This document shows, one piece after another, positions 37,341-51,153 of a DNA stretch of 64,000 bases. Made by a program: the position numbers and the translations under genes. The first letter of the stretch is position 1. Each line of letters starts with the position of its first letter. The notes under the pieces were generated by a model. The model saw nothing but the letters and a program-made list of their open reading frames with translations, had not been told where the DNA came from and did no database searches. Origin of the DNA: Squalus acanthias (lineage: Eukaryota); assembly GCA_030390025.1 (NCBI GenBank), contig CM059432.1, positions 119,476,001-119,540,000 of the forward strand. The letters run 5' to 3'.

Positions 37341-40300
37341 GTTTTCAGAACGGCTTGGTGAGCGGGGCTAAACCCTTCCTTAAACATTGTTAGAAAGGCT
37401 ATATTGTCTCGGGTAAGGCCTGCCACTATTCCTGAATGTGCTTGGAAGCTCTGGAATTTCCTTTCCCCATATTCACTAGCCGATTCTCCTTTGTTCTGTG
37501 TTACCCCCATTATTATTCCCCAGTTTATGGGGACCGCGCCCAACACGAGGGACACTACATCATTAAAGGCTGTGTAATCTGCCTCACACTGTGCCTGGGG
37601 TGGGTGATACGTCCAGGCACCATGTGCCCTCTCTGTGATTCTGTGGTAATAGTTCCCATTTATCTCCTGGCATTTTTGCTCATACTAATCCTTCGACATC
37701 TTTATTACGTAAGAGAGGGCATATACACATTTCTCTCATCTTTTGCCAAAATTCGGCATTTAAATAAAGGAAACTATGATGGTATGAGGCGCGAGTTGGC
37801 TAGGATGGATTGGGGAGCGTTACTTAAAGGGTTGAAGGTGGATAGGCAATGGCAAACATTTAAAGATCGCATGGATGAACTACAGAATTTGTTCATCCCT
37901 GTTTGGCATAAAAATAAAACAAAAAAGGTGACTCAACCGTGGCTAACAAGGGAAATTAGGGATGGCATAAGATCCAAGGAGAGGACATATAAATTGGCCA
38001 GAAAAAGCAGCAAACCTGAGGATTGAGAGCAGTTTAGGATGCAGCAAAGGAGGACAAAGGGATTAATTAAGAGGAGGAAATAGAATGTGAGAGTAAGCTT
38101 GCAGGGAACATAAAAACTGACTGTAAAAGCTTCTATATATGTGTGAAGAGAAAAAGATTGGTGAAGTCAAGCGTAGGTCCCTTGCAGTCAGAATCAGGGG
38201 AATTTATAATAGGGAACAAAGAAATGGCAGTCCAATTAAATACATACTTTGGTTGTGTCTTCACAAAGGAGGACACAAATAAACTCCCAGAGATGTCAGG
38301 GAATATAAGGTCTAATGAGAGGGAGGAATTGAATGAAATCAGTATTTGTAGAGAAATGGTGTTAGGGAAATTGATGGGATTGAAGGCCAATAAATCACCA
38401 GGGCCTGATAATCTACATCCTAGGGTACTTAAGGAAGTGGCCCTAGAAATAGTAGATGCATTGCTGGTCATCTTTCAAAATTCTATAGACTCTGGAACAG
38501 TTCCCATGGATTGGAGGGTAGCTAATGTAACCCCACTATTTAAAAAAGGTGGTAGATAAAAAAAAGGGAATTATAAACCAGTAAGCCTGACATCGGTAGT
38601 GGGGAAAATGCTAGAGTCCATTATAAAAGATGTAATAGCAGAGCACTTGGAAAACAGTGACAGGATCGGACAAAGTCAACATGGATTTACAAAAGGTAAA
38701 TCATGCCTGACTAATCTACTGGAATTTTTTGAGGATGTAATTGGTAGAATAGATAAGGGAGAACCAGTGGATGTGGTGTATTTGGACTTTCAGAAGGCTT
38801 TCGATAAGGTCCCGCATAAGAGATTAGCCTGCAAAGTTAAAGCACATGGGATTGGGGGTAAGGTACTGATTTGGATAGAGAACTGGTTGGCAGACAGGAA
38901 GCAAAGATTTGGAATAAACGGGTCTTTTTCTGAGTGGCAGGCAGTAACTAGTGGGGTACCGTAGGGATCAGTGCTAGGACCCCAGCTATTCACAATATAT
39001 ATTAATGATCTAGACGAGGGAACTAGATGTAATATCTCTAAGTTTGCAGACGACACAAAGCTGGGTGGGCGTGTGTGCTGTGAGGAGGATGCAGAGAAAC
39101 TCCAGTATGATTTGGACAGGTTGGGTGATTGGGCAGATGCATGGCAGATGCAGTATAATGTGGATAAATGCGAGTTATCCACTTTGGTGGCAAAAACAGG
39201 AAGACAGATTATTATCTGAATGACAATAGATTGGGAAAAGGGGAAGTGCAATGAGATCTGGGAGTCCTTGTGCACCAGTCGCTGAAGGTAAGCATGCAGG
39301 TGCAGCAGGCGGTTAAGAAAGGCAAATGGTATGTTGGCCTTCATAGCGAGAGGATTCGAGTACAGGAGCAAGGATGTCTTGCTGCAGTTGTACAAGGCCT
39401 TGGTGAGACCACACCTTGAGTATTGTGTACAGTTTTGGCCGCCTTATCTGAGGAAGGATGTTCTTGCCATGGAGGGAGTGCAGCGAAGATTTACCAAACT
39501 GATACCTGGGATGGCAGGAATGACGTATGAAGAGAGATTGGGCTGATTAGGCTTATATACGCTACATTTCAGAAGAATGAGAGGAGATCTCATTGAAACT
39601 TATAAAATTCTAACAGTACTAGACAGACTAGATGCAGGAAGGATGTTCCCGATGGCGGGGGAGTCCAGAACCAGAGGTCACAGTCTAAGGATAAGGGGTA
39701 AGCCATTTAGGACTGAGATGAGGAGGAATTTCTTCAACCAGAGAGTGGTGAACCTGTGGAATTCTCTACCACAGAAGGCAGTTGAGGCCAATTCATTAAA
39801 TATATTCAAGAAGGAGATAGATATATTTCTTTAGGCTAAAGGGATCAAGGGATATGGGGAGAAAGCAGGGACAGGGTACTGAATTTGGATGATCAGCCAT
39901 GATCTCATTAAATGGCGGAGCAGGCTCGAGGGGCCGAATGGCCTACTCCTGCTCCTATCTTCTACGCTTCTATGCTTCTATTGCTCTGTCTTGCTCTTAA
40001 TTCGGGGAGTCGGTCCAGTAATTTTAGCTTTTCGCTTGGGGAAAAGAGTTCGTAGGTGGTCCTGATTATATATTGTCCCGCTGCTATGGGTGGGTTAGCA
40101 TTGGGCTGCCCGGGCAATCCGGGTATAAATTCTACCTTTGTAGGGGCTGTGGTTCTAGGGCATTTTGGGAGGATGGTTTCTGATGCCCCGGTGTCATTCT
40201 CCCTGTATGGGGGTGGAGTATTCCACCCGCCTTCTCTTTCTCTTTCGTATTTGGCTGCTTTCCGTCCTAAGTCTCCCCGGTCTATAGATCGGTCGTTGTC

Positions 40301-40596
40301 GTTAGCTGCCATTACCGGCGCTGTTGGTGTCGTCGTGCTTGCGCATTTTTTCCTTTTTCTGGGCTGTTATGAATTCATTAGCTCTCTTACTTAATTCGCA
40401 ATATGATCGAGTTATTATTATCACTGCCTTCTTTTCCTTGTTTCTCTTTTCGCCTTCCCACCATTCTTTTTGTTTGGCGGGGACATCGTTGGGATCCCAA
40501 TTACTTGCTAGCATTCTGGCTATCATTTTCATATTCCTTTTGGCCACATATTCAGTCAGGGACCCTTTTGGCCTTCAATCCATCTCCACCCCCCAT
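37341..40596 (-). pseudogene. gag: ERV gag (N-terminus to capsid), split by a CR1
   Basis: accATGG start at 40596 (MG..); PPPY late-domain-like motif; MHR-like QNKGESASEYGERKF. Confidence 0.75.
37751..39979 (+). mobile_element. 5'-truncated CR1 LINE with several stops
   Basis: Fragmented ORF2 RT ORFs from 38143 to 39834; CR1 3' hairpin and tail. Confidence 0.93.
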
Positions 40597-40904
40597 GGTT
40601 ATTTGTTGTCAGTGGTATCTCCCTTTGTTTTTCCAGGACTCTTCCTAAGTGAGACAGATACTTGCAACTTATACCGACCTCGCACCGTTACGTTACGTTA
40701 CCGATTCAATCTAGATAACAAAGTATTAGTAAGAGTCGTTTCACCTGGGGTTGTTATCCATAGACAGCGTGGAGTCTCGATCAGATCTCTTGGGCAGCCG
40801 ACACATAGCAGACTTCTACTTTTTCCTAACCGTGCCTGGTCATTTTAAACGTACGCATGCGGTTGACATGCTTCCGTCTGCCGGTGTCTGCCATCCGCTG
40901 CCAG

Positions 40905-40922
40905 AGCCTGCCGATGATGCCA
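40905..40922 (-). promoter_or_regulatory. Primer-binding site, tRNA-Ser-like
   Basis: TGGCATCATCGGCAGGCT, 2 nt after the 5' LTR; resembles the complement of a tRNA-Ser 3' end (TGGCGTAGTCGGCAGGAT) with mismatches. Confidence 0.65.
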
Positions 40923-41698
40923 ATTGTTGTGGAGTAATTTCAAATCACTCAACACAAGTCCGAGATCGAGGGTCCAAACAACCTTTATTCACACCGGTGA
41001 GGCGGCCACCGGTGGGGAGACAGCCTGCTTCCACCTTAGCCAAGCTTCTCAGAATTGTTACAGCAGTTAGTAGATATTTATACATACAGTTTGATGCGCT
41101 ATACATTGTTCCCGCCTACCTTCTAGAATGTTCTGCGTTATAACATGATTTAGCTCTTATCAGTATTTGTTTATTGGCCCTTTGTCTTAGTCCCAAGAAT
41201 TGTTGACTTCATGTCTGCTTCCTGATCTACTTACTGTCCTTGGGATATTGTTAGGCCATCTGGTTTCTAGGGTGGTTATACATCTTGAGCATACCCTTTA
41301 TCTTGCAACATTAGCTCTTTCACTCAACCTAATTTCTTGCAGCATTTGCAGTTCTTTGACCTTGATTATATCTTGTAGCCAGCCCAGTCATGCGATTATG
41401 TGAGGTAATGTTATACACTGCCTTTCCTGACCATTTTTTGTTTAGAACCAAATCCCCATCATGCACCACCACTCTACACTAACTTTTATACATCTTCTTT
41501 CCCCCTTGCAGTTACTTTACCAGGGGGATGAACAAGGTTACCATGATATTAGAAGTAGAGATGGAAAATTCTATAAAGACATTTAAGGTAGAAAGGGGAG
41601 AGATAATTGATAAACTATTCAAACTTAGAGAGATTGGGAAGTATCTTACTGGAGCGGGACATCTTGCAGCACCACTTAAGCTCTAATTACCAGACTTA

Positions 41699-42586
41699 GG
41701 GGTAAAAATTCACTTGGTTGCGCCACCCGTTAGCGCCTTAAGAGGGCGCTAATGGGGCGCAAAGCCGCTAACGCCCGGGCGCAGCGATGTTTTCGCCGCT
41801 CGAGAACTTAACTTGAGATTGTGCGGCGGCGCTAAAACTTACCGCTGCGACCACCTGCGCGCGCAGATTGTGACGTCATTCCATGGTGCAACGCCCTTGG
41901 GGCGCCCCGGAGCGGAAATTGAGTGGCGCCCCCTGCCTTACCGCCTGGCGCTTCCAACGACCAGAAGACTGGAACGCTATCAATCGCTGTGGGGCTGGGG
42001 GGGGTGCTATTTAAAGGGGGCCTCTTCCTGTCTTTTATTGTTGGTGGCATTTTTGAACTACGCATTCTGAGAGAGAGAGGGAGAGACTTCTGGAGAGATT
42101 CAACGTTGTGTGAAGGAGTTTTGGGTACTGAGCAGCACTTTGCAGGTTCATTTTGATTTGCCATTCCTTGTATCGATTTAGCAGAGACCGTGGGAGCTGC
42201 ACTCTGAGCTCTTTGCCTGGTGCTCTCCATTGTTCTTTCCAGCACATTTGATGTGCAAGTCTCTCCAGGCCGAGATTCAAGGCAGCAATGAACAGGATGT
42301 GGATGGAAAGCAAGATTAACCATCCCCTTTAAGAACTGGCCCGTGCCATTGTGTGTGTGTTCCATTGCTGACTGACATTACATGAGCTTCGCCAGCGCTC
42401 CGAGTTAGCGCCTCACTGCTCGGCCTTTGCGCCTTAAGAGAGCAGCGCCTGCTTTAGCGCTCCACTCACCTCCCGGGGCGGTAAAAGTGAAGTTTCCCGT
42501 CAGTGCCGATAATTAGCGCCAGGCGCTAATATTTGCGTCCGGACGATATTTGCGCCCCAAATGGGGCGCGACCTAATTTCTACCCC
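41699..42586. mobile_element. Non-autonomous deletion derivative of the 59212-63350 Harbinger family
   Basis: TIRs ggggtaaaaatt / aatttctacccc; TTA TSD; both ends align to the reverse complement of that element's ends. Confidence 0.9.
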
Positions 42587-42671
42587 TTAACTTTCTATGA
42601 CGAGTTTAATGGGCAATTGATGTGCAAATCCAGCAAGTTCTTAAAATTAACAAGGAGGATAAGGTCTAGAT

Positions 42672-44368
42672 GCCATATCCAAGTTTGCTGATGATACAAA
42701 GCTGGGTGGGAATGTAAATTGTGAGGAGGATGCAAAGAGGCTTCAAGGGGATATAGACAGGCTAAGTGAGTGGGCAGGAAAATGGCAAATGGAATATAAT
42801 GTGGAGAAATGTGAAGTTATCCACTTTGGTAGGAAAAATAGAAAAACAGAGTATTTTTTAAATGGTGAGAGATTGGGAAATGTTGGTGTTCAGAGGGACC
42901 TGGGAGTCCTTAACATGCAGGTACAGCAATCAATTAAGAAAGCAAATGGTATGTAGCCTTTATTACAAGAGGATTTGTGAATAAGAGTAAAGGGGGGCAA
43001 AATTGGGTCGCGTCCCCTTTGGGGTGCTAACTTCACCGGTGCGCTACTTTTAGCGCCCCGAAAAAGTTAGCGACCCTGCGCCCGAAATTCACTGGTAGCA
43101 CCCCAAGAGGGAGGCGGGGCGCTACTGGAAGCACCCTGCCTCCCTCTTGGGGCGCTGCGAGTGAATATCGCGGCGCTACATGCAGCAGCGCCACGCGCTG
43201 CGGCAAGTCGCGCCGCAGTACTGCAAGCCTTCCTCCCCTTATTAAAGGGGAGGGGCCTAGCGCAGCGTGACCCAGGGCCCAGCTGGGCCACCAGGGATCA
43301 GATTGCCGGCAAAAGATCCCGGCACTCAAGAGAAGTGCTGGGCTCACGGAGCGAAGCCGGCACCCCGCGGGGGGGGCTTCACAGGAGGCCGGAGACAACA
43401 ACGGGGGCAGGTGCTGGCAGGTGGCCAGCAACAAAAATGGCTGCCCGGAACTTCCTCTTTAATTTGTGCTGCTCCGGCCGCAGGTAGGCCCCCTTGACCC
43501 TGTTGGACATAGCGTCCGGCGGTAAGTCAGGGGGCGCTACCGAAGATTGCGGCCAGGGCACAAGTGGGGTGCTGTGCACGGTGATGACGTCATCGCCGGA
43601 GGCGCTGCGCCGCGGGGCGTTAACAGTTACCGTCGCTGCTAACCTTCCGCTGAATTTCGCGGGAGGCGTTAGCGGCGCCGCGCCCAGGCGCTAGCTGCTT
43701 TGCACCCCGTTAGCGCCCTTTTAGGGCGCTAATGGGAGGCGCAAGTGAACCAAATTTTTCCCCCAAGATGTCTTACTGCAATTATATAGGGCGCTGGTGA
43801 GACCACACCTGGAGTATTGCGTACAGTTTTGGTCTCCTTACCTAAGGAAGGATATACTTGTCATAGAGGGAGTGCAACGAAGGTTCACCAGACTGATTCC
43901 TGCGATGGGGGTTTTGTCATATGAGGAGAGATTGAGTAGACTAGGCCTATATTCTCTGGAGTATAGAAGAATGAGAGGTGATGTCATTGAAACATACAAC
44001 ATTCTTACAGGGCTTGACCGGGTAGATGCAGGGAGGATGTTTCCCCTGGCTGGGGTGTCTAGAACCAGGGGTCACAGGCTCAGAATAAGGGATCGGCCAT
44101 TTAGAACTGAGATGAGGAGATATTTCTTCACTCAGAGGGTGGTGAATCTTTGGAATTCTCTATCCCAGAGGGCTGTGGAGGCTCAGTCATTGAGTATATT
44201 CAAGACAGAGATCGATAGAGTTTTGGATATTTAGGGAATCAAAGGATATGGGGATAGTGCAGGAAAGTGGAGTTGAGGTAGAAGATCAGTCATGATCATA
44301 TTGAATGGTGGAGCAGGCTCGAGGAGCCAAATGGCCTACTCCTGCTCCTATTTCTTATGTTCTTATGT
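42672..44368 (+). mobile_element. CR1 3' fragment interrupted by a MITE
   Basis: SKFADDTKLGG..RPHLEYCVQFWSP..TRGHRLR; ttcttatg tail. Confidence 0.92.
42993..43764. mobile_element. GC-rich Harbinger-type MITE
   Basis: TIRs gggggcaaaatt / aatttttccccc; AAG TSD; the CR1 sequence rejoins cleanly across it. Confidence 0.88.
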
Positions 44369-45367
44369 AAAACGGTGGAGTGGCATAAATCGACCAGCAA
44401 GTTCTAGAGATTCACAACTCATGGCGTATCTCTTCATCCCCTGAACTTGTTGGTTGATTTTCACATTACCACCACACCATTATTTTTCCTGCAAGATCTG
44501 ACCTGATAAAGAAGTTAGGGAAGAGATAGCAGAGGCAGGATTACATATATATAAAAATTTATTGGAAAAGGGAATAGCGCCAGAGGACTTACGGACAGCT
44601 AATGTGATTCCTAAATTTAAAAAGGGAGATAGAATGAGCCCAGGGAACTATAGACCAATCAACTTAATTTCAATTAGTCCCACTCCTCTGCCCTTTCCCC
44701 ATGGTCATGCATTTTTTTCACCCTTCAAGTATTTATCCAATTCCCTTTTGTATTATTATATCTTCTTCCACCACCCTTTCAGGCAGTGCATTCCAGACCA
44801 TAACAACTCGCTGTGTAAAAGAATGTCGTCTCAGATGCCTCTGGTTCTTTTGCCAATTACCTTCCCTTATGTAATTCTTTGAAGAAGTAACAGAAAGACT
44901 AAGGTAATGTAGTAGATGTATTATATTTTGATTTTCAAATGACCTTCGATAACGTACCACACAGTAGACAAATAACTGAGAGCATGTGGAGTCAGGGGAC
45001 AAGTAGTAAAATGGATAGCAAGCTGGCTAAAAAAAATCACAAAAGAGAGTAGGGGTTATTGGTATTTACTCAGACTAGCAAAAGGTGGGAAGTGGTGTTC
45101 CACAAGGATCGGTGCTGGGACCACTGTTGTTCAGCATTTACCTAAATGATTTGGACTCCGTAACCGGATGTACAATTTCAAAATTTGTGGACAACAACAA
45201 ATTGAGGGTATAGTTAAAACTGAGGAGGCCTAAGACTAAAATCAAGAAGATATTAATAAACTTACAGAATGGGCGTGTAATTGGCAAATTGATTTCAATA
45301 TAGATAAGTGCGTAGAAGTACATTTTGATAAGAATAATAAGGCGGCTACATACTCCTTGGAAAATTA

Positions 45368-45987
45368 GGGCTAGATTTTCATTGACCCGTGGAGGTGGGT
45401 TTGGAGGTGTGTGGGTGGTTAAAATTGCGAAAACTGGCGGGCGGACACAAGTCTGCCTCCACGCAATTTTCATGAAATCGTGTCTGCTGGTCCCGACTGT
45501 GTCCCGCCTTTAAGAGATGAGATAGGCTGTTAAGGCCCTTAACAAGCACTAAATTGGCTCTATAATGCCATTTTGAAAGGCCTTTGTGATTTTAACCCTT
45601 GTTCTACGTGAAGCACGCCTGTTCTGAACCACGATTGTGAAACCTGGCGGGAGGACATTTGGCTGGATCTCTCTCTCTCTCTCTCTCGTGGTGTAAAAGT
45701 ATCTGGGAGCAGACTTAGGGCTGCTGCTGCTCATTTTGCTTCCAGTTCCTCTCACAGCAAAGGCCAGGCAGTTTCTGAAGACCTTCAATGCAGCAGCAAT
45801 GATGACATCATCAGAGGCGACTTTCAGACTGAAAACACTAATTGGGTCATGGGTTCCCACATGCTGGAACTCAATTGCCCAATTATGTGAAAATTGCATC
45901 AATCTCCCACATCCAATTGCAGTCGGGTGGATAACACGAAAAGTGGATGACACGACCCCAACCCGCCCCAGTATCAAAATCCAGGCC
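45368..45987. mobile_element. Harbinger-type MITE
   Basis: TIRs gggctagatttt / aaaatccaggcc; TTA/TAA flanks; inverted homolog at 63690-64000. Confidence 0.85.
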
Positions 45988-46400
45988 TAAGAGTCTAAAT
46001 TGGGTAGAGGAGCAAAGGGATCTATGGGTACAGATACACAAATCACTAAAAGTAGCGACGCAGGTTAATAAGGCCATAAAAAAAAGCAAACAAAACACTG
46101 GGGTTCATTTCTAGAGGGATAGAATTGAAAAGCAGAGAAGTTATGTTAAACTTAGAAAGAACCTTGGTAGGACCACACTTGGAGTACTGTGTACAGTTCT
46201 GGTCTACATATTCTAAAAAAGATACTGGAGAAGATGCAAAATAGATTTACAAGTATGATATCCTAACTGAGAGGTTATACTTATCAGGAAAGGCTGAACA
46301 GGCTGGGCCTCTGTTCTCTGGAAAAGAGAAGGCTGTGGGGTGACCTGATAGAGGCTTTCAAGATTATGAAAGGATTTGATAGGCTAGATGTAGAGAAGAT

Positions 46401-49400
46401 GGGCTCAATTTTAATAGCCCTGAGGAGGCAGGTTTGGAGATGGGTCTGTTGGGAAAATCGGGAAAAATGGCTTCAGACACCCAACCCGCCTCCATCCTGC
46501 CCCACCCGATTTTCCTGAGTATCTGTTTAGCCGCTCCCAAACTGACTCATCTCCAAATGGTGGGACAGGTAGTTAAGGCAGTTATAAAAAGCAGAAAATG
46601 TTGGAGATACTCAGCAGGTCAGGCAGCATCTGTGAAGAGAGAAACAGAGTTAATGTTTCAGGTTGATGACCTTTTGTCAGAACTGGAAAAAAGCAGGAAA
46701 TGGAACAGATTTTTAAGCAAGTGTGGGAGCTGGGAAAGGGGGGAGGGGATGAAAGAACAAAAGGGAAGGTCTGTGATAGGATAGAAGGCAGGAGAGGTTA
46801 AGAGACATTAAGAGACATTAAGAGATATTCAAGGCAAAAGGAGATGGTAATGGTTAAGAAACAAAAGATGGCTCTAGATGAAGTGTAAATTGCGCTGGCA
46901 GAATGAAAGACAGCTGCCATGTGGGAGAGAAGAAAAAAAAAGTGTGGGAAAAAAAATATATATGATAGGGGCCGAGGTTATGATCTGAAATTGTTGAACT
47001 CTATGTTGAGTCCAGAAGGCTGTAAAGTGCCTAATTGAAAGATGAGGTGCTGTTCCTCGAGCTTATGTTGAGCTTCAGTGGAACAATGTAAGAGGCCGAG
47101 GACGGTGAGGTCTGAGTGGGAGTGGATCGGAGAATTAAAGTGACAGGTGACCAGAAACTCGGGCTCCCACTTATGCACTGAACGGAGGTGTTCCGCAAAG
47201 CGGTCACCCAATCTGTGTTTGGTTTCCCCAATGTAGAGGAGACCGCATCGTGAGCAGCGAATACAGTACACTAAATTGCAAGAAGTACAAGTAAATCGCT
47301 GTTTCACCTGGAAGGGGTGTTTGGGGCCCTGGACAGTGGGAAGGGGGGAGGTATAAAGGCATGTGTTGCATCTCCTGTGCTTGCACGGGAAGGGGCCGGG
47401 TGAAGGGGAAGGGGTGTTAGGGGTGATAGTGGAGTCATGGAGGGAGCGGTCCCTTCAGAATGCTGAAAGGGGAGGTGAGGGGAAGATGTGTTTGGTGGTG
47501 GGATCACGCTGGAGGTGGCGGAAATGGCAGAGGATGATCTGTTGAATGTGGAGGCTGGTGGGGTGAAAGGTGATGACAAGGGGAACCCTATTGTGGTTCC
47601 AAGAGGGAGGGGCAGGGGTGAGGGCAGAAGTGCGGGAGATAGACCGGACACGGTCAAGGGCCGTGTCAACCACAGTAGAGGGGAATCCTCGGTTGAGGAA
47701 AAAGGAAGACATGTCGGAAGCACTGGTATGGAAGGTGGCATCGTCAGAGCAGTTGCATTGTTTCTCTCTTCACAGATGCTGCCTGACCTGCTGAGTATCT
47801 CCAACATTTTCTGTTTTTATTTCAGATTTCCAGCATCTGCAGTATTTTCTTTTTGTATTAGTTAAGGCAGTTAACAGCCTGTTAACTGCCTTGCTAATCC
47901 TATTTTCATAGTGGTTTCCCATTTTCCTGCTACTGGCTCCTGTTCCCCGACTAGTCAGAAACAGGCCAGGTTCAAGGAGATGAGTTGCTGGAGGACATGA
48001 TTTGTATGCATTGGTAGAGCACTTTAAAAGCGCCCCTGAAACATGGCTGACATTCAAATGCAACAACTTTGCTGTTGTAGGTATGGGATAACATTTTGCA
48101 CATCTACTGACCTTCTGACTGTTCATGCTGACACCCATCTGCAGTGTGGCATTAATGGAAATATTTCAGGCCACTTCGACTGTGCACGTGCAAGGTTGTG
48201 ACCTCAATTGAAATCTATAGCAAGGGGATGGGAAACACTTATGCCCTTTCATCCTGGTTCCCATAATCGAGGGAGTAGCAGCCGCGTGGCTCACCACATA
48301 TCTTCCTGGGAGGAGGAGTAGGAGGAGGACGAGGGGAGCCTTGCATGCCCTGTTGTGACCAATGCAGCATCCCTCCAGTTTACTGCTGCCCGTCAACCAG
48401 GGTATGCACACTGCCATGCCACACTACCATACGTTTACTCTTCGACCATAGGTGACCACCATATGGCTCTGTAATTGCAGATGACACTTGTCCGATGTGA
48501 TACTTCATCTCTGCTATACCCTCTTATTTCCTATCACTGTTACCATCAGCATCACAAATGTAAGTCACCCTGAGCCCTCAATGCACTTTTGCCATTTCCC
48601 AGATCACATAGGCCACACAATCAACTGTTTGCCGAAATTTATCTGTAACACATGACAAAATATACCAAAAACAGTCAGAAAAAAAAAAATCACCCAAGTG
48701 AGTCCCCTTGTGACTGTAGGTGCTTACTTTTTCTCTTACGCATGCTTCTACATGGTGCTTCCCCTGTGGCTTCAGCAGATGTAGAGGCACCTTGCTGACT
48801 AGGATGCTGCGCCTGCTTAGACGCCTTTGGCGGGCGTCCTCTGGGTTTGGGAGCCTGGGAGGGCTCTTCAACAGTCTGCTCTTCCTGCGGCTGTGCAGGG
48901 GCTAAAACGGCCACCTCAGTTGTCTCTGCAAAGTGGGTCTCTGACCGAGGGCTTTGTCGTGGCATGGTCGTGTGAGTGCTTTGAGAGGAGCCCACACTTC
49001 CTTCTGTCCTGCCAACAACATCCTCCTCATGGGTCAGCCACACCTCAGTGCTGGCAAGTGGCAGGAGAACACCTTGCTGCACTTCAGGGGGGCCATGAGG
49101 ACCCGTAACTGCACTGGCAGTCCTCCTGAAAAGGATATCCATGAAGCTCTTGTCTCTCTGCTCAATAGTTGCCCATCACTCCTCCAGAGATGTCAGTCTA
49201 TTCTGAACAGTCACCATGTTTTCCTGACTCTGGCGACTTATTTCCTCCATGGCTGTAGCCATCCTTTCCACTGAGGTAGCCATCCGTTCCACGGAGGTTG
49301 CCATCCTATCCATGGTGGTGCGTTCATGCGCCATTAACTCCACCACGGCAGTGCTGATGTTAGAGATGGACTCCTCCATTCTCTCCATACTCGCACTAAC

Positions 49401-50897
49401 CCCGGAGGCAAACCCTTCCAGAGACACCTGCACCTGTTTCTGTATTTCACGAACCGCTCTTTTTCTGGATGGCCCCAGAGGCACAGCATCTGCATGCAGC
49501 TCAGCAGAGCTAGGAGAATCCTGCGACCTCCAAGGAGGACTCTCCACTGCTGTTGCTCTCTCCACCATCTGCTGATGCTCACTTGTGAGCTGTGATACAC
49601 CAGGTGGCAACACTACTCTGACTCGCGATGGCCCCACTGAGGTGTGCGTTGCTGCACTGGTGCTGGATGCGCTGAGTCCTGGTGACGCTGTTCCCTCAGA
49701 GGCTTCAGGTTCATCTGAGGAGTTGTCCGGCTCTTCATCCTGGATCGTGGGGAGGGGGGCGCTTGATCGTCCTGTGGGAGAGTAAAGGCTTGAATTGGAC
49801 ATCTGATATTGATGTAGCAGACACATCCTTTTGTGATGATACAAAGCGATTCTCTATGAACATCATATTGCATTGCATTCTGAGAGGGTTGAAAATCTAT
49901 TATGTCACCAGCTTCCTCTAGTGTGCCCGTTTCTCCATCGCCCACATCCAGGTCCTCATTACTTCCAACAATCTTGTTTGCTGCCTCCTCAGCACTGGTC
50001 AATGTTGCAAGGAAGCTGTTCCTCCTCCAGTCATAGCTCTCTCCCTCTTATTGTGGGCTATCTTTTCCTGCAAGGAGGGACACAAGCGGTGTTTCAGCTA
50101 CAGTGATGGAGTGAGTGTGATTAATCCCTACCATAGAATCTTTGAGTGAGACGAAGATGGGGTAAGGTGCCAAGAGGAAGGTAGCTCCCTGTGCGTTGTT
50201 ATTTGATGTCACTGCATGACAGTGAGAGCGAGTCTAAAGGGTGCATAGGCAGGATGGTGAAGTGATTCAGTGCAGAGACAGAGATGGATAGGAAAGGTTC
50301 CAATGGAAGTAAGAGTAAGGTGAGATGTGAAGGAGAAGTGTTGGTGATGAGAAGAGAAGGGAGCAAAGTGAAGGTAAGTGAGATGGGATACTTAGTTTTG
50401 ATGTTCTCACAAGATCATTAAACCTTTTGCGGCACTGGATCCATGAGCGTGCATAAATGCACTTTGCTCGCACCTCCTGAGCAATGCACAGCCAGGCTGC
50501 CTTGGTCTGCTGAGGAGGCTTCCTTCGGCCATCAGGAGGGAAGAGATTCTCCCTGCGCCCTCTGACAGCATCCACAAGAATTTGGAGGGACTCATCATTA
50601 AACCGAGGAGCTGCCTTGTCTCTGGAAGAAATCATAGCTTTTAAAAGAAGGGCAGGAAACCACAATGGAAAGGCTCAGGCTGGATGGCAGCTTTAAAAGC
50701 AGCTGCTATTATGACGTCATCAAAGGCGGCCAGCCGACCCAATCCCACTCATTGGACCGGCCAGCGCGCCTCCATGAAATTAACAAGGTACTTGAATAAA
50801 AATCGCAACTCTGCACCTGTTCACACCGGAAGTGGCTCCCGAACCCGCCCACCACGCAACCCGACTCCAACCCACCTCGGGAATTAAAATCGAGCCT
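46401..50897 (-). mobile_element. Harbinger derivative retaining a spliced Myb/SANT partner gene (~50635-48690), transposase largely deleted
   Basis: TIRs gggctcaatttt / aaaatcgagcct; GAT TSD; AAPRFNDESLQILVDAV..AW..IAQEV..RSWIQCRKRFNDL. Confidence 0.85.
46585..47858 (-). mobile_element. Penelope-like element 3' part (GIY-YIG) with an inverted terminal piece at 47755-47858
   Basis: FTCTSCNLVYCIRCSRCGLLYIGETKHRL..RFAEH; 15-bp TSD tagttaaggcagtta; decayed hammerhead at ~46648-46684. Confidence 0.9.
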
Positions 50898-51153
50898 GAT
50901 GTTTCCACTTATGGGGCAGTCCAAAACTAGGGGCCATGTGGAACTTGCTACCACAAGGAGTAGTTGAGGTGAATAACATTGATACATTTAAGGCTAGATA
51001 AACACGAGGGAGAAAGGAATAGGTTACGCTGATAGGGTCAGATGAAGAGGGGTGGAAGGAGGCTCGTTTGGAGCATAAACACCAGCATAGACCAGTTGGG
51101 CTGAATGGCCTATTTGGGTGCTATACATTCTATGTAATTCCATGTAACTCAAC

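Larger units (their letters stand above)
29942..41510 (-). mobile_element. Endogenous retrovirus, two LTRs, gag-(delta pol)-env, lokiretrovirus-like
   Basis: LTRs 29942-30528 and 40925-41510 (~18 differences by eye); 5-bp TSD gttac; PBS and PPT in the expected positions. Confidence 0.92.
44505..51146 (+). mobile_element. Old CR1 in pieces (44505-45367, 45988-46400, 50898-51146) with a minus-strand CR1 piece at ~44675-44868
   Basis: TANVIPKFKKG..NYRPI, GVPQGSVLGP, RPHLEYCVQFW, final attctatgta tail. Confidence 0.8.
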
